Shown here in pieces: positions 1 to 13,274 of a stretch of 64,000 nucleotides of DNA. Source of the stretch: the human T2T-CHM13v2.0 reference genome, Homo sapiens; assembly GCF_009914755.1 (NCBI RefSeq), contig NC_060936.1, one strand, 5' to 3'. Under the pieces are notes generated by a model, which saw only the letters and a list, made by a program, of their open reading frames with translations, ran no database searches and was not told the origin of the DNA. Within the stretch, counting starts at the first letter, position 1. Every line of letters starts with the position of its first letter. A program made the position numbers and the translations under genes.

Positions 1-2471
1 TCTAGACAGAAATCATTGCAAAGGAGCCCTTGATGCTGCAGGATCCCTCTTCTGTCACCACCCATATGAACTGGAGATTGCTCTGCTAGTGACACTACCC
101 TGGGGAGAGGAGGGAGGAAGACATTTGCAAACATTTCTTCTTTTCTTCTTTGCACATCTCACAGTCATACTGTATACCTGACATCTGACACATGAATGCA
201 TTATCAAATCATTAGTCCCCATCAAATATGTGGTGATTGAATCTTCTGTCAGTCAGTGCAATATAGATCCAGAAGAGAAGTAGTTAAGTGGTAATGGATT
301 TGCTCTAGGCATTTCACAACCTATTGGTCCTAATTGGACTGAAAAAGGGTTGCTACAGAAGACTTGAAAATTTAAATAATGCATTTTATAGTTCTCATAT
401 ATTTTTCCTAAACAAGCCAACATGAACTAGGAAAAAGAAAGATTTCTCAAAGTAATATCAGGTTTGGTTTTTCAAAACATATAGCTGAAGTTTTATTTGT
501 AATTGATGAAGTGGCTTAGCAAATCTTAAAATGGTATTCTGGGCATAGTGCATGCAAGAAGCTTATAGCATGTATTACCTAAAAGATGTAGTTGCAAAAG
601 AAATTTAAACTGATCACTAGAAACACAAAAAATAAATTGTAGAAAAGCACAGATTTCCCAAACAAGGAGCAGGATGTGATCTGAAATCGGCATGGGTCCT
701 GTTGATGTTAAACTTGGAGAAAGAAGAGCAGAGAGGTCATTTATTACACAAGCTTTAATGAGCTCTCTTGCAGCAGCAACGGTGGAGGTACTCTGAAATA
801 TCCAGAACCCTCAGATGCAACGTTTGGAGAGACACACAGACATTTGCAATAATCTATAGGAACAGTGGCAAAAGCATTAATTAAAGCTGTTGCAGTTTCT
901 TGCAATCCAATGAGATTGAGATTTCAGCTAGTTGTAGTACAGTAAATGGAGGAAAGAAACCAAAGCTGTTTGTCTCATATGCAGGCCAATTTTGTATGCA
1001 CAATCAAATTTTATTTCTTATATTCTCTAACAGCTGCTGAAACCCATTGAGGGTTTGGAAGTCATGATACAACATTAGTAAGAAAATTAGAGTGGTGGCA
1101 AATCATAAGTTGCTTTCTGAGCAACACAGTAGGAGGTCAGTTAATATTAAATATCCACAGCCTGTGTGCACAGTCACATTTCCTAGGAGAGTCTAAGCAA
1201 AATACAGCCTTCGGGGATACACACTTAGTAGTTTTTGCATAACAATAACTAAGATGCTGATGCCAGCTAATGAAATTCTAATACTGAAGAAGGGCCCCCA
1301 AGGCTTAGAACAAAGCTCTCTAGGAAAACAAGGATAGACTCCCTGTTTAGAAAGTAAACAGTCAATGTCATGTATTTATTAATTCAACATAAATTTATTG
1401 AGGGCTTTTCCTCTGTCAATTTTGGATAGGCCCTGGAGATGTCCTAGTGAGAAAATACAGAGTCTATCCCTTAACCCATAGAGTTTAACGACTAGAGGGA
1501 AACAGATTTTAATGAAACATCCACATAAATAAGTGTATATTTGCAAACTGTGAAAATTGCTTTGAAGTAACCGTACCTAGTACTACAAAAGCATGTAACA
1601 GAAGAAACTGACCTTAACTGGGGAGGGTAATCAGAGAATATGAGGAGTGACTAGGAATTCTAGAAGGAGAATGCAAGATAACTCTTTTTAGTAGGAAATG
1701 TGCAAAAGGTCTTGACCCAAAGAAGCACAGTGCTTTTGAAAACTGTTGAAGAGCATAGAGCAAGGAGTGTGATATGAAATGAGATAAAGATGGAGATGAA
1801 TACACATAGGCAGACACCAAACCCATGAAGGCCACAAGAATTTTTTATCCCACAAACAATAGGAAACCACTGAAATTTAGGCAGAGGGGTGTCATAAGCC
1901 TATTGATGTCATCACTTTGGGTAAAATATTAATATTAAAATATTATTAACAAAATACTAATATGAAGAATGGATTTGAAGAAGGCAAGAAGATTGATATA
2001 GCCAGTGGCCCAGGAAAAGAGGACGGCAGGTTGGACAAGGATGGTAATGAAATACTTGGAGAGCCATGAACAATTCATGGAGAGATATTTAGGAAGTAAA
2101 ATACACCGGTATTAATACAGTTTTAGATATGGAGGAGGGAATAAATAAGAAGGAGGTGTTAAGGACGACTCCTTGATTCTGACTTCCATAAGAAGATGGA
2201 TAGAGAACCCTGGAAAAGTAACTGGTTTATTACAAGTTCATTTGGGGGCATACATTGAGTTTGGGCTAACTTCGGTGCACATAAATGGAGGTTTTTGACT
2301 CCCATTAGACCTAGATCTAAGCCAAGAAGTCTGGGATGAATATACAAATTTTTGTGTCATTAAAATGTGGAAACTGAAGCTATGGGTATACATGAAATCA
2401 TCAATGGAAAAAGTAGAAAGTGGAAAGAGAGGGCAGATAGGACAAAACCTGGAGGAACTATAATATTTAAC

Positions 2472-2626
2472 ACAGTGATTCTCAAAGTATGGTTCCCTGT
2501 CCAATAGCATGAGAATTCCCTGGGAATCTATTGGGATTGCAAATAGACCTAAAGCATTATAAACCCAGGGGTGAGGCTCAGCAAACATGCTCAGCAACAG
2601 GCCTCCTGATGTTTCTAATGCCACTG
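2472..2626. mobile_element. MER5-family (hAT-Charlie) MITE
   Basis: cagtgattctcaaagtatggttccc...ccactg termini typical of MER5A-like elements. Confidence 0.65.
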
Positions 2627-3159
2627 GTATCCGGGAGAATAAAGGAGGACATGTTTGTGAAGATTACTGAGACTGAGCCACCTGCTAGATGGTAAAAAGA
2701 AAACCAGAAATGTATGGGGTCATTAGGGTAAGGGAAGAGAATAGTTCAACGAGAAGGTCAAGGTCAGCAGGGTCAAATGGTGGTGGGAGATCAAGTGAAA
2801 TTGAGACCACTTTTGACTTTAGAGAAAGCTGTTTCGGTCAACGCTTGGTATGAAAACAAACTGGAGTGAGTGGGATAGGAAGAAAGGGAATAATGAATAT
2901 AAAAAATTCTTTGAAATTTGAATAGGCTAGGAATCTGGAGGAGAAAAGGGGATGCATTTTATGATATTAATGTCATGAACATGTTTAAATGCTGATGGAA
3001 AAGAGATGTAAGATTCAGAGGAATATAGAGGAGGCAGATGTAGTCCATTAGTAGCGAGAGTTCTTGGGAAAGTAAAGGGCATGGTCCAAACCCAGACAGA
3101 AAGATGCATCTAGATCTACTTCTCTCTTGTAGCTTAAGGCATGAGTGAACAGAGCACTG

Positions 3160-3610
3160 TTTCATACCATTTTCTCCTGCTTATGCTCCAGCCACATGGA
3201 CTTTTTTTTTTCTTCTTCCTTTTTTGGGCTCCTTGAACCTGTAACAAATGTGTCCTTCTTTGGGACCTTGGTCTTCCTTTTCCCTCTTGATCTTCCCATG
3301 GCTGACTTTAGTCATTTCAGCCATAATTTAAATGCTAGCTTCTCAGAGAGGCTTTCCCTGAGCACCGTATCTTATGTCTCACTCCCTATAACCATCCCTA
3401 ATCATTGCCTACTGTGTTATCCTATCTTGCATTCCTTATGGCACTTTTCCCTCTCTGAAATTATATTATTTGTTCACTGGTAGGTAACTTGAAGGGAGAG
3501 AGCTTTGTCCTGTTCGTGGGTACAGCTGTAGTTTTTAGGATGGTATCTGGAGTATAGGTGGTAAGCAATCTATAAGCAAACATTTGTTGAAGGAAAGAAT
3601 AAAAGAATGA
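3160..3610 (+). mobile_element. L2 3' end (L2a-like)
   Basis: ctccagccacatggac...tctcagagaggctttccctga...aaacatttgttgaaggaaagaat tail. Confidence 0.7.
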
Positions 3611-4559
3611 GTTTAGATACATCTGTACATTTGATACAGGGAGGTAGAGGAGTTTTCTTTGGCTGGATTCTATTTTCTCTCCAAGGAATAAAAGGGAGAT
3701 CATCTTCTGAGACCAAATTTAGGGGAAATGGGGATGTTAGAAGTTTGTTGATGAGTGGAGAAGGTTTTAACTAGTTCAGAACGTGGTGGGGTGAGCATAC
3801 CACAGAAATCCAGAAATAATCCCAGGCAGTATTAACAGTCAATTTGAGGATGATAAGCTTGAAATTTGACTGGTACAAATTGCTCTGCGGGGTGACTCTC
3901 CCAGTGATATTCAGATAAGTGGATGAAGACATGGGAAAAATGACAATTGGATGACTTAGTGTTGGTATTTTTCTAAGTGGTGTAACAAAAACTCAGGAAG
4001 CCCAGGAGACTTTGGAGTACTGGCAGGCATGTTATTGGTGTCCTAGACTTCAGGGCCTGATGAGTTTAAAGGAATAGTTGAACAAAAAACATCAAAGTTG
4101 GGAAAGTTGTAATCAAAGAGTTAGATGTCTGAATTGGAGATGTTATAAGAGTCACTTCCATGATACCAAGGATGAATGTGTGGCTGAGGTGGAGATGGAA
4201 GAAGTACATCTAGAAATGAAGATCAGTGAATTGGGTTTTTAACTTCTAAAGTGTTTTGAGATAGTGAAATATTTCATAATCCAACCAGAAATTTCAAGTC
4301 TTAATACTTAACTAAAAATAAGAACAGATAATAATTAGCTTCCAAATCCCAAACCGTGAGTGTAATTAGTAGGTGTAATCATAATGGTAGCATGTCATTT
4401 TTGTGGAGGCCGTAGAATTGCATCTCTGAATTATGAATGATACAATGAAAGCTTATTACTTCATTACACTAATTAAGAATTAGTGATAATTTGGTTACCA
4501 GCTAGACTGATACTTTGTTTCATTAGCGAAAGAGTTATAGAGTAAGAAGAAATGTATTT

Positions 4560-4720
4560 GTATATTGATTCTGTCACTTTTATCTATGTGTATGGCTTCA
4601 GGCTAGCTTATTTACTAAGTCTCTTGTTTTTGCATCTGTGAAAAAGAGAAAATTAAATGTCTTACAGCATTATTGTGAAGATTAAATGAGAACATGTAGG
4701 TGAAAGGGTTTGAAAACTAT
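4560..4720 (+). mobile_element. MIR SINE fragment
   Basis: MIR core-like catctgtgaaaa...ttattgtgaagattaaatgaga. Confidence 0.65.
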
Positions 4721-5041
4721 TAATCCTCATTCAGAACAAAGGCCTCATAATCTACAAAAATATACGTGTTAAGGAAATTCATATTATCATAATTTTTAAT
4801 AAGCAGTCAATAAAATGCTTTTTTACAAGTAATTTTTAAAGTATTATTACAAATAATATATCAAATTACAATCATTCTTAATTACATATTAAAGTAGACC
4901 AAAAAGAACTGGCCTATTTGCCAACTGTATATAAAATTAATAAAAACGCATTTATTGAAATTAGTTTAGAATCCCAATTTTCCAGTTCCCAGAGTATACA
5001 TTTGTTTTGTTATTTTAAAGTATAGCAATTCTAGGACCATG

Positions 5042-5045
<4 letters not shown>

Positions 5046-5088
<43 letters not shown>
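5046..5088. repeat. (TG)21 microsatellite
   Basis: Perfect TG run read directly. Confidence 0.97.
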
Positions 5089-5090
<2 letters not shown>

Positions 5091-5410
5091 CATACCTGTA
5101 ACTTCTATAACTTTTTTCTTTTTAGAGCAAAGTACACACCCATAATTATTATTTTCATCTGGATCTCAACTAGTTCAATTGTGGAAGCATCAGTTTCTTA
5201 TACCAATAATTAAATTGATCAGTACAATTTGTCTATTAAAATCACATACTGTATTTTATTATAGTTTTGTGGTATTTTTATTTGAGGAGACATGCAGTGG
5301 CTCAACCTAGTATTTGATGTTGTGAGCAGAAAGAGACAGATGAAAGAGGTAATTTATTTATTTGTATCAAGAAATGGGGACAAACATCATTTTTACAATA
5401 TGATCAATGA

Positions 5411-6190
<780 letters not shown>

Positions 6191-7359
6191 TTACTGACTT
6201 GACGATACCTGTAGTCAACCCCTCCCATGCTTTTTACCTGGTTGCTCAATGGGAATCTAACTACTCCTGTGGATGAAAAATTATGACTGTATTATCCAGT
6301 GTGTATCTAGGCACTGCCTAATGAAGACACCACTTGAAAATTCTATGAATATTTATTTTGATTGCTTACATCTAGGTTGTCTCAAACTATTAAGAGAAGG
6401 AAGCTAGGTTCTTTATTTTCCCATCTCAACTCACTGAAGTCCAGGCTCACCTGTCTATCAAGTGAAAATGGTATTTAATTGGTGGCTGCTGAGAACGTTT
6501 AACAAAAAGTCACCAATACTATTTCCCATGCTGTGGATGGTTTCTGAGTTTAATTTGCCAGGGCACCAGCAAATATGCATACATTTTCAGTAAATATTTT
6601 GTTATTTTACAATTCTTGGAAGGAAATTCTTAATTTATGTTTTTTCCTTCACTTGTTATGGAAAACATTACTCAGGAACAATACAAATCATTGTACCATA
6701 GGTAGGAGTAAGGGAAGTAGAATATTTGCAAGTTGCATGTAATAAAGGGGAAACAGGTCAAATACAATATTTGTAACAATGATGCAAGTTTTTTTCCCTT
6801 CAAGTTGGATACACAGGAAGAAATGTAATTAAGCAAACGAAGTTTGTGATTAATGTTGCCTCCTGATTAAAAAAAACCAACACAATGATTTGAATTCTTT
6901 TATGTTTTTCCATCTTCTGGAAGATCATAAAAGTCAAACCTGGGCCATGTGGCTCACAAAGAAAACATTCTACACACACTGTCTTTCAAGGAAAAAGTCA
7001 AAACTTAATTTTTACCAAGAAATGAGGAGAAACCTCTCATTTTTACAATATGATCAATGATCACAAAATAACTCCACATCCTCTATGTTTTTTCCTCCAC
7101 TTGTTACGGTGCCACCTTTGATTACAGAGACCGGGAAACTCATTTCCTTTCTACCCTTGAGTGGCACTAGCATGGGGGCCTGGGTGTGCCAACATGTTCT
7201 TTAGTGTCAGTGACAGGTGGGGACTCCTGACCAGGCAATGAACAGGGATGGATGTTTCAGGGACTAACCAGTCAAAGGGGCTAGTGTCAAGGCAGGGCAA
7301 AGGCCAAGAAACAGAAATCCCAAATAATGTCTGGCACTCTGCAGTCCTTGTCATGGCTT

Positions 7360-7973
7360 ACCTCACTCGCTACATCCTCCTCACACTTTGATTTTCAGCC
7401 ACATGGAGCTTCTTTCATTTACTAGAGCAGTAGTGTATCTAGAAGCAGAAAGAATGTGGTGGGACCAGGGGAGACACACTGTGCGTGAACACATGCTTCA
7501 AAAGCAGTGCTGTTTCAGAATGAGAGGTGGGGAAGGAGGTTGAAGACAGGCCCCATATCACCTGGGGGCAGACCCTGACTACACTTACGATTCAAGAGGC
7601 CACTCATATACTCATTCTCTCTCTCCCCAATCTGTCTACATGCAGTTCCTTTCCCTGATCTTCTCTTTTCTCTTGGATGACTGTTACTCATACTCTAGCC
7701 CTCAGCTTAGACATTACTTTCAATAGGAAGCTTTCCTCCATCTCCCCCAGTCTGGGCTAGGTGCTTCTTTTCTATGTCCACGGCCTCATTCTGTAGCTCA
7801 GCATTCATCCCACAGTTTTATAATAGCCTAGTGCCTGGATACTTCTGTAATCCAGATACTCTCTAAGGAAGGACACCCTGGCTGTCCAGTATTTCCTGTG
7901 TCTGCCAGACCTCCTGGAATATAATAGTGATGTGACAAATACTTGTTAAATGGATGAATGAATGATGAATGAA
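7360..7973 (+). mobile_element. L2 3' fragment (with an unidentified insert at ~7430-7600)
   Basis: Ends in caaatacttgttaaatggatgaatgaatga, an L2 tail. Confidence 0.65.
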
Positions 7974-8798
7974 CTGCAACAACATGCATCCCATCTCCAG
8001 TGGATTGGAACTACAGTTCTGTTCTAATGTCACCGTCACATCTGTGTCAATGAAACATCAGAACTGCCATGGAAGAAGGAAGTACATGTGTTTTGTTTTT
8101 GGTGTAACCATTAATTAGGAGGCCTTAAAATAAGTCTTAAAAGATTGCACTCAGTTAATTGATTAAAATATCAATATCTATGTAATGACTTTATTATTTA
8201 TAAAATAGTAGAATGTACATGCATGATGGTATAAGTTAATGTTTATGCAGCTTCCATAACTATTATTTATGGCAGTGAATATAAATCTGAAATGACGAAC
8301 ATTTTTTTTAAAGTCTGAAATAAGTCGCATACCTACAAAGCCATTTGAGGATGGTATGGTAGCTGTCTTACTGCTTTTGTGTGAGAGTAGGTGGGAAGAC
8401 ACATTCTAGAAGTGTTATCACTTAAGACAACACAAGGAAAATTTCTGCTGAGGGTCAAGTTTGAACTTAAATATGATGGGTGAAAATAAACTTTGGTAAC
8501 ACTCAAAAGAGGCTAATTATAATGAATTTGAGCTTCCCTGGGAAATTCCTAACAGGGATTTGACAGTATTAACTTTGAGTGGGGCAAAGGTTTTTATTTT
8601 AATAGTTTGTCATACACATAGAATGTGGGAGAAAGGACCATTTTCATATTCTACTATGTCCTCAGCATCTCTTTTGGGAGGAAATTTCTCAATTGTGTTA
8701 ATTCCACTGTCTAAATAGCTCTTTAATACACACCCCACTTTGTTTCTTCCTACCTACTGCAACTAATTTGAATGGCTTTCCTCTGTATTTTTAACCTA

Positions 8799-8884
8799 TT
8801 AGGTTGGTGCAAAAGTAATTATGGTTTTGTGATTAAAAGTATTAAATAATCACAAAAACCAAAATTACTTTTGCACTAACCTAA
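8799..8884. mobile_element. MADE1 (Hsmar1-derived MITE; miR-548-type hairpin)
   Basis: ttaggttggtgcaaaagtaatt...aattacttttgcactaacctaa TIRs, with TA TSDs at 8797-8798 and 8885-8886. Confidence 0.95.
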
Positions 8885-8977
8885 TATTGCTGGGCAGCCC
8901 TCTCATGGGCTCTTACTTGATTCTAGTCTCTTCATTCTTAGTAAATTTGCTGCATCCATTAAAGCAATAATCTAAAG

Positions 8978-9598
<621 letters not shown>

Positions 9599-9701
9599 AG
9601 GCCATAGTCTTAAGTGTGACTGTGACTTTCTCTTGACACACTTAAGATACTGATTCACCTGCTGTGACAGGTGGCCACTATACATTGGCTTAAACTAGAT
9701 G

Positions 9702-9948
9702 GCACTCACAGTGGAGGCCCTGTTCCAATGTCTTCAGTCCCTGTGGATCTCCATTCAGTTTTAAACATCTTGGAAAGAGAGAGTGACTGGCCTAGTTTGA
9801 ATTGAAGACCACCTTGTAGACAGGATATGGTGGCATATTGTCAATGATACATCCAACAAGGTAGCATGAAGTGGGTGAGAGGCAGTTCCAAGAAGGGGAT
9901 ACCTTTCCACACAAGAAAAAACCAGATATCTGTTACAAAGGTTTGGGG
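9702..9948. repeat. Copy 1 of a ~250-bp local direct duplication (old MLT1-like LTR piece)
   Basis: Aligns by eye at roughly 88% identity to 11019-11270. Confidence 0.9.
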
Positions 9949-10019
9949 AAGATATGCTAGATAAAAGTTGATATTTGTTTTTGCATAACTGTCCAAGAGT
10001 AATTTATGTGTGGAACACG

Positions 10020-10372
10020 GAACTGAGGATCCAGGAATCTTCAATCTATTTGGTCCCATCCTCAAGGCTTTGCACTCATTTGCATGATCCAGATTGCCTC
10101 ACCATCACTGTGTTTACATTCCCAGTAGAAGGGGAAGAAGGCAAGGAGATGGCAAGTACCTTCCCTTTAAGAGTATAGCCACAACTTGCATGTATTAATT
10201 TTGTTTACTTCCTAGTGGTCAGAATGTGGTCACATGGCCATATCTAGCTATTGAGAGACCCTGGGAAATGTATTCTTTATTCTGCGCATTGATGTGTCCA
10301 ACTTAAAGTTGCAAATGCTAATGCATAAAAAGAAAGAAAGAAATGGAGGCAGGGACATCTAGCAATATCTGT
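10020..10372 (-). mobile_element. Ancient MLT1 (J-like) MaLR LTR fragment
   Basis: ggtcagaatgtggtcacatggccatatctagct...ctgggaaatgta motif. Confidence 0.6.
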
Positions 10373-10849
10373 TCTTATCTCTCTTTAGCATTCTGAGAGA
10401 ATAATCTGGCTTTACTAATCTAACATCTTTAACCATTCCCGTCCAATTTTCCATCACTTCTCAATTTGAATCTGAGTTCTAGTTTAACATGTGTAGTAGT
10501 TCCCAAAGGCAAGACGACTTCTTGCTTTTGCCAAAGCTCCTTTGCTTAGAGTACACTCCCTGCTTCTTTCTATCTGGTAAAATGGATATTCTCTTTCCAA
10601 GAGAGTTCACATTCACATGTTGCTTCTTGAAAATTCTTTCCCTAAATTTAAATTTGTGTTGTATTATCCCATGCTGGGATAGAAGCTGCTAAGTGCAGTA
10701 GTAAAATCTCAATCTATGTTTGTTGAATGAATAAATGATAGGATGCCTTTACCCATCATTATCCAGATGGATTTTACTGCCTGTCAAGAGTCTGTTGGAC
10801 TCAGAGAGGAAAAGGAGGCAGGCAGGGAGTGAAGGGGTGGAGGAAGGAA

Positions 10850-11270
10850 AGATTGGTTAGGGTCCTCTGATTTAAAGAAACAAAATTCAGTCTCAAAAAC
10901 TTAAACAAAAGAGGGCTTACTAAACACATACTAGGGAGCTCCAAATTAAAGAAACACTCACAAAACAACTGGGTCTGAGGATGAAAAGGAAACAAAGGAG
11001 CACAGGAGAGCTTCTCAAGCACACACAATGGATGCCCTGTTCCAATGTCTTCAGTCCCTGTGTGTCTCCATTCAGTTTTAAACACCTTGGGGAGAGAGAG
11101 AGGGACTGCCCTAGTTTGAATTAAAGACCACCTTGTAGTTACGATATGGTGGAATATTGTCAGTGATACCTCCAACGAGGTAGCATGGAGTGGGTGAGAG
11201 GCAGTTACCCAAAGAAAGGGATACCTTTCCCCACAAGAGAAAAACAGGTGTCTATTACAAAGGTTTGGGG
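10850..11270 (-). mobile_element. Ancient MLT1 (K/L-like) LTR; includes copy 2 of the local duplication (11019-11270)
   Basis: ggttagggtcctctgatttaaagaaacaaaattc...acttaaacaaaagagg start typical of reverse MLT1K-type LTRs. Confidence 0.55.
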
Positions 11271-12139
11271 CAGCCATAACATATTTGTGCTCCACCACTG
11301 CTCCTTGAAGATGTTTTCTTATTCTGCTGTGGAGGTAGCATGCTAGTCTTGGAACTCTACTCATGGCATGGCGGCTTGAGGTGGTAGGGGCTTTTCCGTC
11401 CTGTGGTCTGTCATGGGAGTCTTAGCTTACAGTGTTGACAGGCTCTATCTCTGTGAGTCTTTTCAGGAGTAGAAGAGGAGGACAAGGACGTAGAAAAATT
11501 CCTGATGACATTCCAAGTGGAGAAGAGAAAGACAAGAAATGTAGGCTTTTTTTTGTTTTTCAAAGAAAGATGTTTTTCCTGAATCTAGTTCAAAATCATT
11601 GATTCACCGTTTTGATTGGTTAATCTCCCCCACAAAAGGAATTAGAGATGAGATTGAAAAACTACTTTGTTTTTATTATTACTCTCATTCCAGAAACCCA
11701 AAGCAGAGGGCTTTACTATAAAATTTATATATACCCAAGATAAAAGAAAGAAGATATAGCTTCATCAAAGCTACAGAAATTATGTATCATTAAATATCTT
11801 GAACATAAACGTGGTATTAGGGTTGAGACAAAGTAGTATATGTAGGAATATATAGTAAATAACATGAGAGACTAAACTGAAATTAAAAAGATTTGGAGGA
11901 GAAAGACCTTTGACAAACACATCCGTAGAATATCTTGAACAATGACAGAACATTGGCAGTAGAAGCTTTGGAGGGAAACAAATTATTCTGAGGGAAAATG
12001 TGAGCTGATTCTTAGGAAGTCATACCAGGTGCATTTACCTATGAGGGCTTAGCTGAAACAGCCAGCACAGACACAGGCAAAAGAACTACATGGAGAACAG
12101 TTTAAGACACTGAAAAATTGCATAAATGTCATGTGTTGC

Positions 12140-12781
12140 ATCAGGCAGTGTTTAGTGCAAGAAACAAAAATACTCCATGCCTTTTTATTAGGGATCTAGT
12201 ACATGAAATTTGATGCTTATAAATTATTACAGGGAAAGAAGTGGGTTCTAAGGTGGACCTCCAGGAAAGACTTCCAGAAGAGTTCATAATTTATTTCAGG
12301 ATCCTACCACCTGTCACATCATGAGGGGTGCTATGAGTTCAGGCATATAGCCCAATGATCTATAATAAAGCAAATCTGTAATAAAGCAGCTGAAGCAGAC
12401 AACTTCCTCTCATCACCTGGGAATCTGGAGAATGGACCCACAGCTGTGATCCAAAGATTAGAAAGTCAGAAGTAAGAAACTGATGCAGTCATCTCTTAGC
12501 ACCTAGACAGCTGACAAACAAATGCTGGATCACTGCCGATTATTGCTGATACCAGCTCCCATTTCCATGGCACTGTATGCCGACAAGGAAAAACAAAAAA
12601 GAAATAGGACAAGTTTTTCACCTTAACGTTTTTCTCCCAAATTGTGCATAGGTGCATCCAATTGGCATAATCTAATTTGCATGAAGAATCTTAGATACAA
12701 GGGAATCTAAACATTTAGTTTTAAGCTTTCTAGTCCCCCCAACTATAAGAAAGATAGAATGGAGCTTAAGAATGCTAACCT
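12140..12781 (-). mobile_element. Ancient MaLR/ERVL LTR (MLT1N-like), target of the L1 insertion
   Basis: ggtgcatccaattggcataatctaa...caagggaatct...tagttttaagctttctag motif. Confidence 0.45.
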
Positions 12782-13274
12782 TACCGAGCACCTGGGGAAA
12801 GAAGTGGCTGTGGGTGCAGCTTCAGTAGACTTAAACGTTCCTATCTGCCGGCTCTGAAAAGAGCAGTGGATCTCCCAACACAGCGCTTGAGTTCTGCTAA
12901 GGGACAGACTGCCTCAAGTGGGTCCCTGATCCCCATGTCTCCTGACAGGGAGACACCTCTCAGCAGGGGTCCACAGACATCCCATACAAGAGAGCTCCAG
13001 CTGGCATCTGGTGGGTGCCCCTCTGGGACGAAGCTTCCAGAGGAAGGAGCAGGCAGCAATTTTTGCTGTTTTGCAGCCTCTGCTGGCGATACCCAAGCAG
13101 GGTCTGGAGTGGACCCCCAGCAAACTTTAGCAGACCTGCAGAAGAGGGGCCTGTTAGAAGGAAAACCAACAAACAGAAAGCAATAGCATCAACATCAACA
13201 AAAAGGATGACCACGCAAAAACTTCATCTGAAGGTCACCAACAGCAATGACCAAAGGTAGATAAATCCACAAAG

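Larger units (their letters stand above)
1372..4230 (-). mobile_element. Long degraded LINE-2 (L2) fragment, interrupted by MER5 and by a second, opposite-strand L2
   Basis: Begins with the reverse complement of the L2 3' tail (attcaacataaatttattgag...), followed by the purine-rich L2 antisense body. Boundaries are approximate. Confidence 0.7.

Noticed and set aside
10801-11364. 187-aa ORF on the - strand (longest in the track)
   Set aside because: Lies in degraded MLT1-like LTR sequence and the duplicated segment; no recognisable domain or gene context.
12841-13260. ORFs in the L1 5'UTR as possible ORF0 or antisense-promoter products
   Set aside because: The element is 5'-truncated and lacks the upstream UTR where ORF0 lies; these frames are incidental.
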